Of a stretch of DNA of 64,000 nt, positions 1-10,370 are shown piece by piece. The stretch is taken from IMG/VR virus record IMGVR_UViG_3300025828_000016, positions 21,500 to 85,499 of that record; one strand, written 5' to 3'. A program made the translations under genes and the position numbers. The stretch comes from a virus. Position 1 is the first letter of the stretch; every line of letters begins with the position of its first letter. The notes under the pieces are model-generated. The model searched no databases. It saw only the letters and a program-made list of their open reading frames with translations, and was not told the DNA's origin.

Positions 1-570
1 GTTCCCAACCGTTGTATTTACAGCGCCCACCTGACCGCATAGACCTGCAGCGGCACCTGGACCAAAACCTCCACCTGGGAGTTTTGCGCCACCGCCAGCG
101 AGTGGGTTCTCGAAAAGAGGATCTTCAAAAGAATCAGTATCAGCAAAGGAAACCTTAACAGGTGCCATATATGTTGGTTCTTCGCCCTGATAATCATACC
201 TTTTGAAGACACCTTTACGACTTGCAAGTAATTTTTCAATCAGTGCTTCAAATTCTTTTCCAGAGGGTTCAGATGGCAAAGAATCTTTGTCAATGTGATG
301 AAGTTCTGGAACATAAACAAGACAAATAAATATATCATTTTTTATATCAGAAAAATTTTCAAAATTAGAAGAAACATAACTTGCCAAATGGGAATCAAAA
401 AGGAAATCACCCTCCAGGTAATCTATTTTTTTTATAAAAAACCCATCAAACTCTTTTCTTGTTCTTAGAGTATTTGGTACCGCACTTTCTTGTACTACTT
501 TTCTAACATATCCAATAGAAGAATCATTAAAACTATCGTATAGTATTGAATCTCTAGATATCCGAGACAT
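1..570 (-). CDS. Hypothetical protein, truncated at window edge (possibly baseplate/structural)
   Basis: Not in ORF track. ATG at 568-570 overlaps the upstream stop; the frame (MSRISRDSILYDSF...GGFGPGAAAG...) stays open to base 1. Confidence 0.7.
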   Translation of the reverse strand, partial: MSRISRDSILYDSFNDSSIGYVRKVVQESAVPNTLRTRKEFDGFFIKKIDYLEGDFLFDSHLASYVSSNFENFSDIKNDIFICLVYVPELHHIDKDSLPSEPSGKEFEALIEKLLASRKGVFKRYDYQGEEPTYMAPVKVSFADTDSFEDPLFENPLAGGGAKLPGGGFGPGAAAGLCGQVGAVNTTVGN

Positions 571-866
571 TATTTTTCCCCCTGAATTACGTCAAAAAGT
601 TCTCTTTTGTCGTCTTCTGATAGTTCGACGCTGGCATCAGTTTTCTTCGCCATAATGGACGTAAGTTTTACTAATTGTTCATTGGATCTTTGTAAAGTCT
701 CGACATACTTTGCTGCGATTAAACCAAGGTCTTTGTGAGTTTCTTGACCATTGGTTATTTCCGCAAAGACTTGTGTGAGGAGTGTAGAGGTAATATCACG
801 ATCATCACGGATATTACTGATTGCTTCTTGAATATAATTTTCTAAATCTTTTACTGATCGTCCCAT
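570..866 (-). CDS. Hypothetical helical phage protein
   Basis: 98 aa ORF tightly coupled to neighbours. Confidence 0.7.
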   Translation of the reverse strand: MGRSVKDLENYIQEAISNIRDDRDITSTLLTQVFAEITNGQETHKDLGLIAAKYVETLQRSNEQLVKLTSIMAKKTDASVELSEDDKRELFDVIQGEK

Positions 867-1549
867 TCTTTTTTAAACTCCGCATACCTCTTGCGTACTT
901 TATTTAGAGAACTTACGACTTGTTTCGTATTTAGTCCGGTTATTTCTCTAATATACAAGTAAATAGCTTTTTTATTAAAAATTTCTATATTGTTTGCTTC
1001 GTTAAAAAGAATCTCAATCGCTTGAATTGTCTTTACTTCATTTTCTCGAAGGGGCATTTTTTTCCAAGATTGTATTTCTTTGTTCAGGTGAGAAAAGAAT
1101 TCATGTTTATTTCTATCATCAATGTAGGTATTGTGAACTACGAGTTGTTGGATTGTTGTAGTATTGGATTTATCTGACTGCGAAAGAAAGTATTCTTCCA
1201 GATGTGTTTCTCTTTTTGCTTTCTTAGAGGTCTTTTTAACCTCTGCTATAAACCAGTTCTTGGAAACGACGCTGAAGTAGGTAAATGCTTTTGATCCTTT
1301 CTCTGGGTCGAAGTTGTTGAGAACTGTAATCAACCAGTTCTTACAGTCGTCTTTGAGAGAATCAATATTAGGGAGAGAAGTGAACTTGTAGGTGTAGACA
1401 ATCTTGTCCACCATTTCATCAAACACTGGTCCGATGAATTCTTTATAAAGTTCATTACGACGCTTGGGATTTTGCGTAGAACAATATTCTACAATAGCAT
1501 CTTGGTGTTCTTTTCTAAAATAATGGTTTTTAGTTCTCTTCCTCGCCAT
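851..1549 (-). CDS. Phage RNA polymerase sigma factor (T4 gp55-like late sigma)
   Basis: Region-2-like motif NFDPEKGSKAFTYF, plus a C-terminal HTH-like segment IREITGLNTKQVVSSL. Confidence 0.75.
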   Translation of the reverse strand: MARKRTKNHYFRKEHQDAIVEYCSTQNPKRRNELYKEFIGPVFDEMVDKIVYTYKFTSLPNIDSLKDDCKNWLITVLNNFDPEKGSKAFTYFSVVSKNWFIAEVKKTSKKAKRETHLEEYFLSQSDKSNTTTIQQLVVHNTYIDDRNKHEFFSHLNKEIQSWKKMPLRENEVKTIQAIEILFNEANNIEIFNKKAIYLYIREITGLNTKQVVSSLNKVRKRYAEFKKEWDDQ

Positions 1550-1820
1550 AGTCTTCTTCCTCTTGTCTTAGGACACGCTGAAAACTTTGGCATTCCTCCA
1601 CGAGTGCTTTTGAGTGACGAAGTAAATTACCAAGGGTTTCGTCACCATAAAAACGTTCAAGACCGTGAACTATGTCTATATGGTTTTGATATTCTTCTAG
1701 AGTTTCGCTGAATTTATCCAACTCTTCTTGAAAGGTTAAGAACCTTCTTAATAGTTGTGTAATATACCAGATAAAAACTATGTTGAGAATAACTGAGAGG
1801 GCCAAGAAAAGGTGTGTCAT
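1530..1820 (-). CDS. Membrane-anchored coiled-coil protein
   Basis: N-terminal hydrophobic helix LFLALSVILNIVFIWYI followed by heptad pattern. Confidence 0.6.
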   Translation of the reverse strand: MTHLFLALSVILNIVFIWYITQLLRRFLTFQEELDKFSETLEEYQNHIDIVHGLERFYGDETLGNLLRHSKALVEECQSFQRVLRQEEEDYGEEEN

Positions 1821-2065
1821 CTGCTACTATCTAGTTCCTTTTTTTGATTTTTGAGATCTTCTTTTGAGTTCTCAATAAATTCTTTGGTTAAATCGCCAGT
1901 TTTCTTTGCTTTTTCTTGTTTATTTCCACTGTAAGAAAAGTCTGATGGTTTTCTTGCGATATTTTTAGAATCGCACCAAGAGCAATTTTCTATAGTTTCG
2001 CACATTAAGTGGCTTGTTTTCCACTCGCCTAAACAATCTCCACATTGATAAACATAAATTGGCAA
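1817..2065 (-). CDS. FmdB-family zinc-ribbon protein
   Basis: MPIYVYQCxxC...CxxCDS signature. Confidence 0.75.
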   Translation of the reverse strand: MPIYVYQCGDCLGEWKTSHLMCETIENCSWCDSKNIARKPSDFSYSGNKQEKAKKTGDLTKEFIENSKEDLKNQKKELDSSR

Positions 2066-2081
2066 TTTAAAACCCTCCTAG

Positions 2082-2303
2082 TTACTTTGGTTGATCTGCG
2101 ATAACATCCCAATCATGAGATGTTTCTTCATTAACTTTAACTAGTGGTGGATTCAAAACAACAAGACCTTCTGGTGAATTGGTCATTTTAAAACCTTCTA
2201 AAACTGGAACAATATCAGATTGCTCCATTAGGGATTTTTGTAGTGCCATCATAAGAGCGCCAATTGCTTGCTTTGATAAATTTGTGTGTTGTACGTCAGT
2301 CAT
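2082..2303 (-). CDS. Hypothetical protein
   Basis: Start refined to MTDVQ after an AAGGAG RBS. Confidence 0.65.
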   Translation of the reverse strand: MTDVQHTNLSKQAIGALMMALQKSLMEQSDIVPVLEGFKMTNSPEGLVVLNPPLVKVNEETSHDWDVIADQPK

Positions 2304-2304
2304 A

Positions 2305-3114
2305 TTATTTACTCCTTTGAGTGTTATTAAACTCAATTGATTTTTCAAGCATTTCAAACATTATATCTTGTTTTTTTGAAAAGTTTAATAACTCTGTGGA
2401 ATCTTTTGGTAAGCATTTTCCACCATAACCAAATTTTCCGTCTGGACCAGGGACCATTGTATGTTGTTCCCCAACCCATTCTGCTCTAGCAAAATGCTTT
2501 CTAAAGTTAGAATAATCAATATCTTTCTTCTCACAAAGGTTAAAAATATGGTTACAATAAGAAACTTTTAAACTATAAAACGTGTTTCTAGCTAATTTGA
2601 GTAGTTCTATCTCTTCCCACTTTTCAGTCTCAAAAAATTGTATATTTTTATTATTATGGTGATTATAAAATTTAGAGTATAACTCTTTGACTTTTTGTGT
2701 GTGTTCTTTTGGTCCTGATAGGTATAATTCTGTTTCATTGACAAAATCTTGCATTGCAGTTCTTTCGGTAAGAAACTCTGGATTGAATACAATATTGTCT
2801 AAATTATACTTCTTAGACAACATATCACATGTGCCCACAGGAATTGTGGACTTAATAACAATGGTGGAGGAATGATTATTTAATTCCTTATAACGAACCA
2901 AGCACTCTTCTAAAATAGAAGTATTCAATGTTCCATTTTGCAAATCTGTTGGAACATTTACAAAAATAATATCACAATTATAAGTTTTCACTATATGATC
3001 TGTTGAATTATAATTTTGATTATTTGGATCATATATCTGCAAATTGGCTACGACAGAAAGTTGACTTACTGCCTTACCAACAAATCCAAACCCAACAATG
3101 CCTACATCATTCAT
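2305..3114 (-). CDS. UDP-glucose/GDP-mannose 6-dehydrogenase family
   Basis: GxGxxG (GFGFVG), KSTIPVG, NPEFL, GYGGKCLPKD catalytic Cys motif. Confidence 0.9.
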   Translation of the reverse strand: MNDVGIVGFGFVGKAVSQLSVVANLQIYDPNNQNYNSTDHIVKTYNCDIIFVNVPTDLQNGTLNTSILEECLVRYKELNNHSSTIVIKSTIPVGTCDMLSKKYNLDNIVFNPEFLTERTAMQDFVNETELYLSGPKEHTQKVKELYSKFYNHHNNKNIQFFETEKWEEIELLKLARNTFYSLKVSYCNHIFNLCEKKDIDYSNFRKHFARAEWVGEQHTMVPGPDGKFGYGGKCLPKDSTELLNFSKKQDIMFEMLEKSIEFNNTQRSK

Positions 3115-3910
3115 GCCACAACTCTCTATTTAAAAATTTACATTTGTTTTTATTCCAAAGATTGTTTTTGTAAAAATGCCATTTATAAAGACAATGATTA
3201 TTTAAACAATAATCCTCCGTATATCTATACAATTTTGAACTTTTGTTTTGCTTATCTTTAAGAAATTCATTTGAAAACCAATCGTCCGCGTTGGTGTCAA
3301 AACATCCTTTCATCATTTCATTAATGTACTCGCTATCTTTTGACAAATAGTTTAATACATGATCAAATAAATTACAAACTATACTTATATTGTGTGAGTT
3401 ACCATAAAACCAATGATCTGACAATCCTGCGTTTATTTGACTCCAATATGCACTATACACGCTATCCATTTCTAAAGTTGGATCAAAATCTATGTAACTG
3501 GTTTTATTTTTACCGTGATTGTGATAACCAACATCAAATCTACTAGTAACTACGCAATCATATTTTTTACCAGTTTCTGACTCATAAAGCAACCTTAAGT
3601 CGTTACTTTTTTTTCTAGTGTAGAGAAAACTCAAAGTTTTAAATATATCGCCTCGACTACCACTAAATCTACTCATATCAAGTTGAGCGATCTTGTTTTC
3701 AAAAAGTAATTGCTCTTGAAAGATCATTTTTTTTGGATTAAAAAGATCAATAGTTTCTTTCTCCAAAGACTTATCCCAGCAGTGAATAAACACATCAGGT
3801 TTATGCACCATAACTTGATCAAAAAGATGTTTATAATTTTCTTTTTGACCTTGACCGGCGTATATAGTGCTACCTTTGGGATAACCAAATAGACATAAAG
3901 CAATATTCAT
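3107..3910 (-). CDS. Putative glycosyltransferase-like protein
   Basis: NIALCLFG, DVFIHCW, YDCVVTSRFD, SDHWF motifs typical of glycan-cluster proteins. Confidence 0.55.
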   Translation of the reverse strand: MNIALCLFGYPKGSTIYAGQGQKENYKHLFDQVMVHKPDVFIHCWDKSLEKETIDLFNPKKMIFQEQLLFENKIAQLDMSRFSGSRGDIFKTLSFLYTRKKSNDLRLLYESETGKKYDCVVTSRFDVGYHNHGKNKTSYIDFDPTLEMDSVYSAYWSQINAGLSDHWFYGNSHNISIVCNLFDHVLNYLSKDSEYINEMMKGCFDTNADDWFSNEFLKDKQNKSSKLYRYTEDYCLNNHCLYKWHFYKNNLWNKNKCKFLNRELWHE

Positions 3911-3914
3911 ATTT

Positions 3915-4652
3915 TTAACTGTGTAATTTTACTTGTTCGTCATACCATTCGGACTCTTCTTTATAAATGTCTTGTTCTTGCAAATCATCATGATCAAAAT
4001 TAATAATACCGCCGAAGCTTTTTGCAAATGATCGTTTTACAAGAAAAGCCATACCAATTCTACAATATGGTTGAGTGCCGGGACCGCCTCCAAAGGGCAA
4101 ATTAATGATGTCAAAAGTCCCATCGTTAAACTCTTTATACAGATCTAAAACAAATTTTCTGGGACCAGTATGAGAAAAAGTATCATGAAAGACGATTGTT
4201 CCCTCTGGTGATAAAAGTGGATACACTTTTAAAAAATCATTTTTTGTTCCTTCATATGAATGACACCCATCAATGAAAGCAAAATCAATTTCTCCACCGG
4301 TATCTTCGCGTAATATATTAGAAAACTCATCACTTCTTGTGTCAACTTTTGTTAACTTAAAAGTGTCTTCATCATATCCTCGACTAATTAATCCACTTCT
4401 TATAGTATTTATATCAGGAGTAATTGGTATTTTTCCACCCGAATAAGCACCGATTGGACCAAAAAAATCATATCCATAAACTTTTCCACCAATTTTAGAA
4501 GCAACTTTACACAATTCATGTGTGGTGTTACCATATTGCACACCTATTTCTACTATAGTTTTATAATTGCAAAAATCAATATAACTTGATAAAAGAGGAG
4601 CCCAATTGATGTCTGGATTTATATCCTTATCGTTATTGTTTTTAAGTTTCAT
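3915..4652 (-). CDS. Class I SAM-dependent methyltransferase (Methyltransf_24-like)
   Basis: VEIGVQYG, IDFAFIDGCHSYE, FHD motifs. Confidence 0.85.
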   Translation of the reverse strand: MKLKNNNDKDINPDINWAPLLSSYIDFCNYKTIVEIGVQYGNTTHELCKVASKIGGKVYGYDFFGPIGAYSGGKIPITPDINTIRSGLISRGYDEDTFKLTKVDTRSDEFSNILREDTGGEIDFAFIDGCHSYEGTKNDFLKVYPLLSPEGTIVFHDTFSHTGPRKFVLDLYKEFNDGTFDIINLPFGGGPGTQPYCRIGMAFLVKRSFAKSFGGIINFDHDDLQEQDIYKEESEWYDEQVKLHS

Positions 4653-4678
4653 TTTTATTATATTCTTTGTCTTGCAAC

Positions 4679-5371
4679 TTATAAAATTAAATTAGCGCCG
4701 TCCATATGAAAATCATATGAAGTTTTTACAGAAAAATCATGAAGCGATACTCCAATCCTATTCATCTTATCATAGACATCCTTTGGTACAGTAATGATAT
4801 CGCATCCACTTTTTTCAGCGTGTAGGATATCTAGAACTCTTTGACAACCAGCCCACAAAATTTTTACATTATCATTATTTCTAAATTTAGAAACTGCGTA
4901 ATTTACAATATCAAAAGGATCAGCACCAACATCGCCAATTCTACCACAAAAAATAGAAACTATAGTCATTTTATCCGAGGTGTTTAAAAATTCTAAATTA
5001 TCAATTTGATCTTTTGTATAAACGCATGTGGTATTAATATTTAATTTTTTATCCAGAACCATTTCTTTTACTAAACCTGTAAAATCTTCTCCATATGGTC
5101 CAACAACTGGTATTTTAACAAATACTTCTTCCCCAAAAGAAGATATTTTTAGTGCTTGTTCTCGACATTCGTCTAAAGTTTCACCAAAAACTTGAAATGA
5201 AACAGGTTTTTTATTAACATTCAGTTCTACAGTTTTTTCTATAAACGACTCATAGTCTGTAATTTTTGATTTTTTAAGAAAACCAATATTAGTTGTTACG
5301 CCATCTGCGGTATTTATATATTCTTCAATATAGTCACTTCCATCATAATAGATATCAATTTTACTTTTCAT
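4679..5371 (-). CDS. Transaldolase / fructose-6-phosphate aldolase family
   Basis: GVTTN, FVKIP Schiff-base Lys, SIFCGRI, ILWA, DIITVP. Confidence 0.85.
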   Translation of the reverse strand: MKSKIDIYYDGSDYIEEYINTADGVTTNIGFLKKSKITDYESFIEKTVELNVNKKPVSFQVFGETLDECREQALKISSFGEEVFVKIPVVGPYGEDFTGLVKEMVLDKKLNINTTCVYTKDQIDNLEFLNTSDKMTIVSIFCGRIGDVGADPFDIVNYAVSKFRNNDNVKILWAGCQRVLDILHAEKSGCDIITVPKDVYDKMNRIGVSLHDFSVKTSYDFHMDGANLIL

Positions 5372-7436
5372 TGAACTCTCCATCTCTAAAGTTTAATTTA
5401 TTTAACCATGCGGTTGCCATTAATAAGGCAAATATACCATGATCTCTTCCCATTTTTAATCTAAAAGGCGTAAATCGTATGAAATAGGTTGACATATAAA
5501 AAATGCAATCTTCAATCGTATCGCTGGTATACGGAAGGATTGATTTTATTAATTCCAATGAGTCGCTAGTTGCCTCGAACCAACGAGAGTCGCATATAAA
5601 GTTATCTCCATCTATGAATATTTCTGGATCAATTAAGTTCCATTCAGAATATCTAGCCAAGATTGATTGAGATAGTTTCCCCAAATCAAGTTTGTGAGTA
5701 TCCATATATTTAGAACCATCCATATCAATTAATTTATAAGTATCATTAATTATATTGTATAAAATATTCTCTAATGTTAGATCTCCATGTACTGGTGTTA
5801 ATCTTGAAGGGGCAAACTTTAAAATAGATGTGGAATTAAAAACGTGTTTTAAATTTTTGTGTGCAACACCATTTATTTTCAACTCGTCTGAACTAATAAT
5901 CTTTTTCATATCTTTATCTTTAGACGAAAAAAGATTGAGTTTTTTGATAATTTTTTCGTCTATAAAGTTATTGAATGTATCTTTAGATTGTTGTGGTGTT
6001 AAATCTTTTCCGTAGCAATATACATTTTCTTTTAATTTATTTATTATCCTTCCTAGTACTTGCTTTTTTGTATTCTTTGGAAAATTATCTAATTTATAAA
6101 AGTTTTCCAAATACTCCATGTCATAATAGCATTGTAAATTATTTTCTACTAAACATAAAGTCTCTGGACATATATTGTTAATAAAAAAGTTAAATCTTTC
6201 TAGGTCTTTAAACTGTCTTTTTAGAGTATTAATATGTTTATCACTATCTACAATATTTTTGTTTACGCATTTTCTAATAAATTTTTTTCCTGACCCATCC
6301 TCAATTAAGAATGTTGAAGCGCCGGAATTGGCGCTTAAGTCTTTTAAAATTTTCTGCTCATTTGAATTTAAAATACCACTTATGTTAACTTCTAATGGTT
6401 CATTTCTAAAATTTTCAAATGAATTTGCTTGAGTTGTAAAAGGTTTTGATGGTTTCCTATCATTTACTAAAAATCTAGGTCCAGACGCCAATCCAGTAAC
6501 CAAATGATCATAAGGTATATTTAACTCTTTCAAAAGATTAATAAATTCTTTTTTATATTTAGTACTTCTAGCTGTCGTTAATACTATTTTATGTTTATCT
6601 TGCTTTAATTGTCTTAAGAAATTTATATTGTCCTTAAGGGGAGTATTATCATCTAAAACGTTAGTTGAATTATCTTTGTGTTTAAGTAACACACCGTCTA
6701 CATCAAAGAAAAATGAACATTCATTTCTTCTTTTCTCGATGCAATTCTGTAGCATCTCGGGATCTCCAAAAAAATAAGCATCATTTATTTTTGAAAAAGT
6801 TACAGGATCATCGGATAGAAAAATATCTTTTATAACATCAGAAACGTATTCATTGAGTTTATCATTTTTAAATCTTCCAAGGTCAGGAAAATATATACAA
6901 CCTAAGATTCCCCAGACTTCAAACATGTTAAAATCAACGCTTTGTTTTTCTAAAATATCTACTATTTTATCATCTTTTAATATAATTTTAGACCAATTGT
7001 TGCTTTCACTTTCTGATATTTCCCAAACAGGCACAACAACCTTTTTGAATTTAACTTCTAGCATTTTTTCAAATAAATTATCAACATTTATTTTATGATC
7101 GCAATCGCACACAATCGCATTACTAATGTTTTGTTTTTTTAATGCCTCACAAATTGTATTCCTTGGTCCTTTTGTTTTTGTATTAATGACAATGTTCTTT
7201 ATTTTTTCACCCTCAAAGAGAATATTTTTTTCTAGATAAGAAGACACATTATAATCCTCTTCTTGATCTCTTCTGAAAATAAAATAAACATTATCAATGT
7301 AATCTTTCCACTTATAAAAAGGTTCAACTGCTTGCTCTATAAATGTTTGATCACCAAGTTTCATAAAAGGTTTAAATTTATAATCAAATCTACTACCTTC
7401 TCCTGCCATCAAAAAAACAACATTTGTTTTAGTCAT
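5361..7436 (-). CDS. Trifunctional NTP-transferase / HAD phosphatase / APH-like kinase fusion
   Basis: MAGEGSRF..KP (NTase), FDVDGVL and TTAR (HAD), HGDLTLENIL..LID (kinase). Confidence 0.8.
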   Translation of the reverse strand: MTKTNVVFLMAGEGSRFDYKFKPFMKLGDQTFIEQAVEPFYKWKDYIDNVYFIFRRDQEEDYNVSSYLEKNILFEGEKIKNIVINTKTKGPRNTICEALKKQNISNAIVCDCDHKINVDNLFEKMLEVKFKKVVVPVWEISESESNNWSKIILKDDKIVDILEKQSVDFNMFEVWGILGCIYFPDLGRFKNDKLNEYVSDVIKDIFLSDDPVTFSKINDAYFFGDPEMLQNCIEKRRNECSFFFDVDGVLLKHKDNSTNVLDDNTPLKDNINFLRQLKQDKHKIVLTTARSTKYKKEFINLLKELNIPYDHLVTGLASGPRFLVNDRKPSKPFTTQANSFENFRNEPLEVNISGILNSNEQKILKDLSANSGASTFLIEDGSGKKFIRKCVNKNIVDSDKHINTLKRQFKDLERFNFFINNICPETLCLVENNLQCYYDMEYLENFYKLDNFPKNTKKQVLGRIINKLKENVYCYGKDLTPQQSKDTFNNFIDEKIIKKLNLFSSKDKDMKKIISSDELKINGVAHKNLKHVFNSTSILKFAPSRLTPVHGDLTLENILYNIINDTYKLIDMDGSKYMDTHKLDLGKLSQSILARYSEWNLIDPEIFIDGDNFICDSRWFEATSDSLELIKSILPYTSDTIEDCIFYMSTYFIRFTPFRLKMGRDHGIFALLMATAWLNKLNFRDGEFNEK

Positions 7437-9027
7437 CTAATTTACTCACAAGAATACCAAAATCAGCAAAGTATAAGTAATCAATATCTGTATTTAAAAA
7501 ACAATTAAGTGCATGTTCTGGTGTTTCAACAATCGGTTCACGGTCATTGAAACTAGTATTTAACACAATCGGAACTCCAGACACTTCTTCCCATGTTTTT
7601 AAAAAATCATAATACCATTTATTATCATTTTCAGTTACAGTTTGTAATCTTGCAGTTCCATCAAAGTGAACAACTGCTGGAACTTTATCTTTCACCTCAT
7701 CTTTAAAAGGCACTACAAAAGACATATAAGGACTTGATATATCATATTTAAACCAATCAGAAACTCTTTCTCTTAAAATAGATGGTGCAAAAGGTCTAAA
7801 CCACTGTCTATGCTTTACTTTTTCATTAATAATGTCCTTCATATCTGGATTTCTTGGATCTGCTAAAATACTTCTGTTTCCAAGTGCTCGACGACCAGAT
7901 TCTGACCCGCCACTAAATACAGAAACAATATTAGACTGAGATAGCAATTCAGCAACATCTTTTTTTGTTGCTTCTGTCGTTTTTACTACATCGGATTTTT
8001 CTTGAATTGCTGCTGTTACTTGTTCTTCGCTATAAGAGAAACCCAAATATGGGGTAAAATTATCTTCCCAAACGATTCTGGGATTTCCTAAATGTTGATG
8101 CCAAACGTATTGCGCTGCTCCGATTGCAAGACCAGCGTCATAAGGAACAGGGCACACATAAACTTTTTCAAAATTATCTTTATACCAATCGAAAGTTAGT
8201 TTTCCTGTCATAACCGAGTTTAATACAACCCCACCAGATAAACATAAATTTTTTGATTTTGTATTCTTAACAAACGGATCTAATATTTCTTTTAAAATAA
8301 CTTCTGTTGACTTTTGCAGTGCCGCAGCAACATTAAACCTTCCCTCTTCAGAGGAATCTGCAATTAATTTAAATTTTTCAAAATCAAAAAACTTTTGACT
8401 TGGATGGGCACAGCGATGATTATAAAATTCATCATAATATACATCTGGATCGCCCATGCAAGCCATTGCCATTACAGTGCCACATTGATTTCCCTTTGGA
8501 TAACCTTTTGACAATCCAAAAATCTTTTCAGTACAAGAAGACCACATTGTTCCAATATTAATTTGAGATTCTTCAATAATTTCGATTTCTTCTATTTTGT
8601 TGTCTTTACCTTCCCAAACTGTAATAGTTCCAGCAGCGGCATACCCATTCTTCATATCCCTGCCGCCGCCGTCAATAGTAATAATCAAAGCATCTTCTAA
8701 ATTACTAGAAAAAAATGCATTCGCAGCGTGCGATTTGTGATGACCAACAACAAATAACTTACCATTGTTTTTTTCTGCGAGGTCTTTCATTCTTTCCCAC
8801 GATTCAGGGTACCACTTACTAGGACCGCCGTCCCAAGTATCTAAAGGGTGTGCAAAATATTGAATGTCTTTATAATCATCGTATTCCTCAGTTAAGAATT
8901 TAAAAGCATCACCTTTGGGTTCTTTAAGTCTAATATATCTTTCTAATTCAGCATGTACGATTGGTTTTCCATCTTCTAAAACAGCAAACGAACAATCGTG
9001 ACTAGAAATTACCCCTGCAATTTTCAT
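7429..9027 (-). CDS. Carbamoyltransferase (CmcH/NodU family)
   Basis: HDCS, ELERY, HHKSHA, IDGGG, SGGVVLNS, RALGNRS, RPFAP, NTSFN. Confidence 0.93.
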   Translation of the reverse strand: MKIAGVISSHDCSFAVLEDGKPIVHAELERYIRLKEPKGDAFKFLTEEYDDYKDIQYFAHPLDTWDGGPSKWYPESWERMKDLAEKNNGKLFVVGHHKSHAANAFFSSNLEDALIITIDGGGRDMKNGYAAAGTITVWEGKDNKIEEIEIIEESQINIGTMWSSCTEKIFGLSKGYPKGNQCGTVMAMACMGDPDVYYDEFYNHRCAHPSQKFFDFEKFKLIADSSEEGRFNVAAALQKSTEVILKEILDPFVKNTKSKNLCLSGGVVLNSVMTGKLTFDWYKDNFEKVYVCPVPYDAGLAIGAAQYVWHQHLGNPRIVWEDNFTPYLGFSYSEEQVTAAIQEKSDVVKTTEATKKDVAELLSQSNIVSVFSGGSESGRRALGNRSILADPRNPDMKDIINEKVKHRQWFRPFAPSILRERVSDWFKYDISSPYMSFVVPFKDEVKDKVPAVVHFDGTARLQTVTENDNKWYYDFLKTWEEVSGVPIVLNTSFNDREPIVETPEHALNCFLNTDIDYLYFADFGILVSKLDD

Positions 9028-9042
9028 TTGTTTTTTCCTCTT

Positions 9043-9759
9043 TTATTCATGATTTTTAAGAAAATATCTTAAATCTTCTGGGGTTCCTATTCCCCACATT
9101 TTATTAACATAAAATGGAATTAATGTTTTACCAGAATTTATCAGTTCATTATAAACCGGTGCTATATAAAATTCGTTATTTACCCTAATATCTTTTTCTA
9201 TCATTTGCTTGGCACAAGAAACAAAATCAGATCCGTGCCTATACCAATAAATTCCGCATGTAGCAATATTTGAAATAGGTTTTTTCTCTGCAACCTCTGT
9301 TACATAACCCCTAGCATTGGTCTTAACAAAGGACCATTTTGGGTGTACAGCATTGAATGAGAAAACTATTCCATCTACACTTGTTAGATTCTTAAGCATA
9401 TGAAAATTTAAAGATTCATAATCAATATATTGATCTGAATTTGCTATTAATAAATCTTCGTCACTATCAATTAAATTTTCTGCCAATAAGGCTGTACATG
9501 CTGCGCCTTCGGTAAGACCATCCACTTCTACATATTTAAATTTATCATTAGTTATTCGAGATAATGAATCTAAAAGACCTGGATATCTAGATATATGTTC
9601 TTTTCTTATTAAGAAAATATATTCACAATCAAAATCTAAGTTTTCCACAACCACCTGTATCATTGGTTTGCCGTTAACATCAATCAATGGTTTAGGAAAG
9701 GTATACCCTTCTTTACTAAATCGACTACCTTCACCTGCCATTGGAATTAAAACTTTCAT
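9043..9759 (-). CDS. Sugar-nucleotidyltransferase (NTP_transferase)
   Basis: IPMAGEGSRF, PKPLIDV, NSDQ, AEKKPIS, NEFY, GTPEDL. Confidence 0.88.
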   Translation of the reverse strand: MKVLIPMAGEGSRFSKEGYTFPKPLIDVNGKPMIQVVVENLDFDCEYIFLIRKEHISRYPGLLDSLSRITNDKFKYVEVDGLTEGAACTALLAENLIDSDEDLLIANSDQYIDYESLNFHMLKNLTSVDGIVFSFNAVHPKWSFVKTNARGYVTEVAEKKPISNIATCGIYWYRHGSDFVSCAKQMIEKDIRVNNEFYIAPVYNELINSGKTLIPFYVNKMWGIGTPEDLRYFLKNHE

Positions 9760-10370
9760 ATAATTTCCTTGAATAAGTTTATATCAACATCATCAACACC
9801 AGAAACCTCTAAAACACGACAACCTGTTGCTTTCGCTGCAATAATACCTTTTGGCGAATCTTCAACTATTAAGACTTTATTTTTTGTTAAAGACAATTGG
9901 TTGATAACTTTTAGATATCCTTCTGGGTCTGGTTTTGGATTGGAAACATCCTCATTGGTAACTAACATACTAAGTTTATCATATATATTTGATCTCTTTA
10001 ACATCAAATTCGCAGTTAATGAAATACTATTTGTAAAACAAGCAACTGTAATATTTTTATTCTTTAACCAATCAAAGAGTAGTGTTTTTTCCTTTCTTGG
10101 TTTGCACATTTTATTTATTATTTCAATAGTTTTATCTTGTTTGGTTTTGTGAATAATTAAAAAATCTTTTTCTTTAACAATCCCTCTTGCGTTTAATATT
10201 TCCAATTTTTTTATAGTTGGTATACCATTAAAAGTTTTTAAATGATCATCATATTCTATCTCATAATTACAAATTTCCTTTAAAGCAGAATTCAAAGCGA
10301 TTCGGTGCCAATCGCAAGCATCAACTAGCACGCCGTCTAAATCAAAAATTACCGTATTATATTTCAACAT
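9756..10370 (-). CDS. HAD-family phosphatase
   Basis: FDLDGVL, TNS, KPDPEGY, EDSPKG. Confidence 0.9.
   Translation of the reverse strand: MLKYNTVIFDLDGVLVDACDWHRIALNSALKEICNYEIEYDDHLKTFNGIPTIKKLEILNARGIVKEKDFLIIHKTKQDKTIEIINKMCKPRKEKTLLFDWLKNKNITVACFTNSISLTANLMLKRSNIYDKLSMLVTNEDVSNPKPDPEGYLKVINQLSLTKNKVLIVEDSPKGIIAAKATGCRVLEVSGVDDVDINLFKEII

Noticed and set aside
18-239. 73 aa ORF at the left edge
   Set aside because: Out-of-frame overlap with the longer open frame 570 to 1
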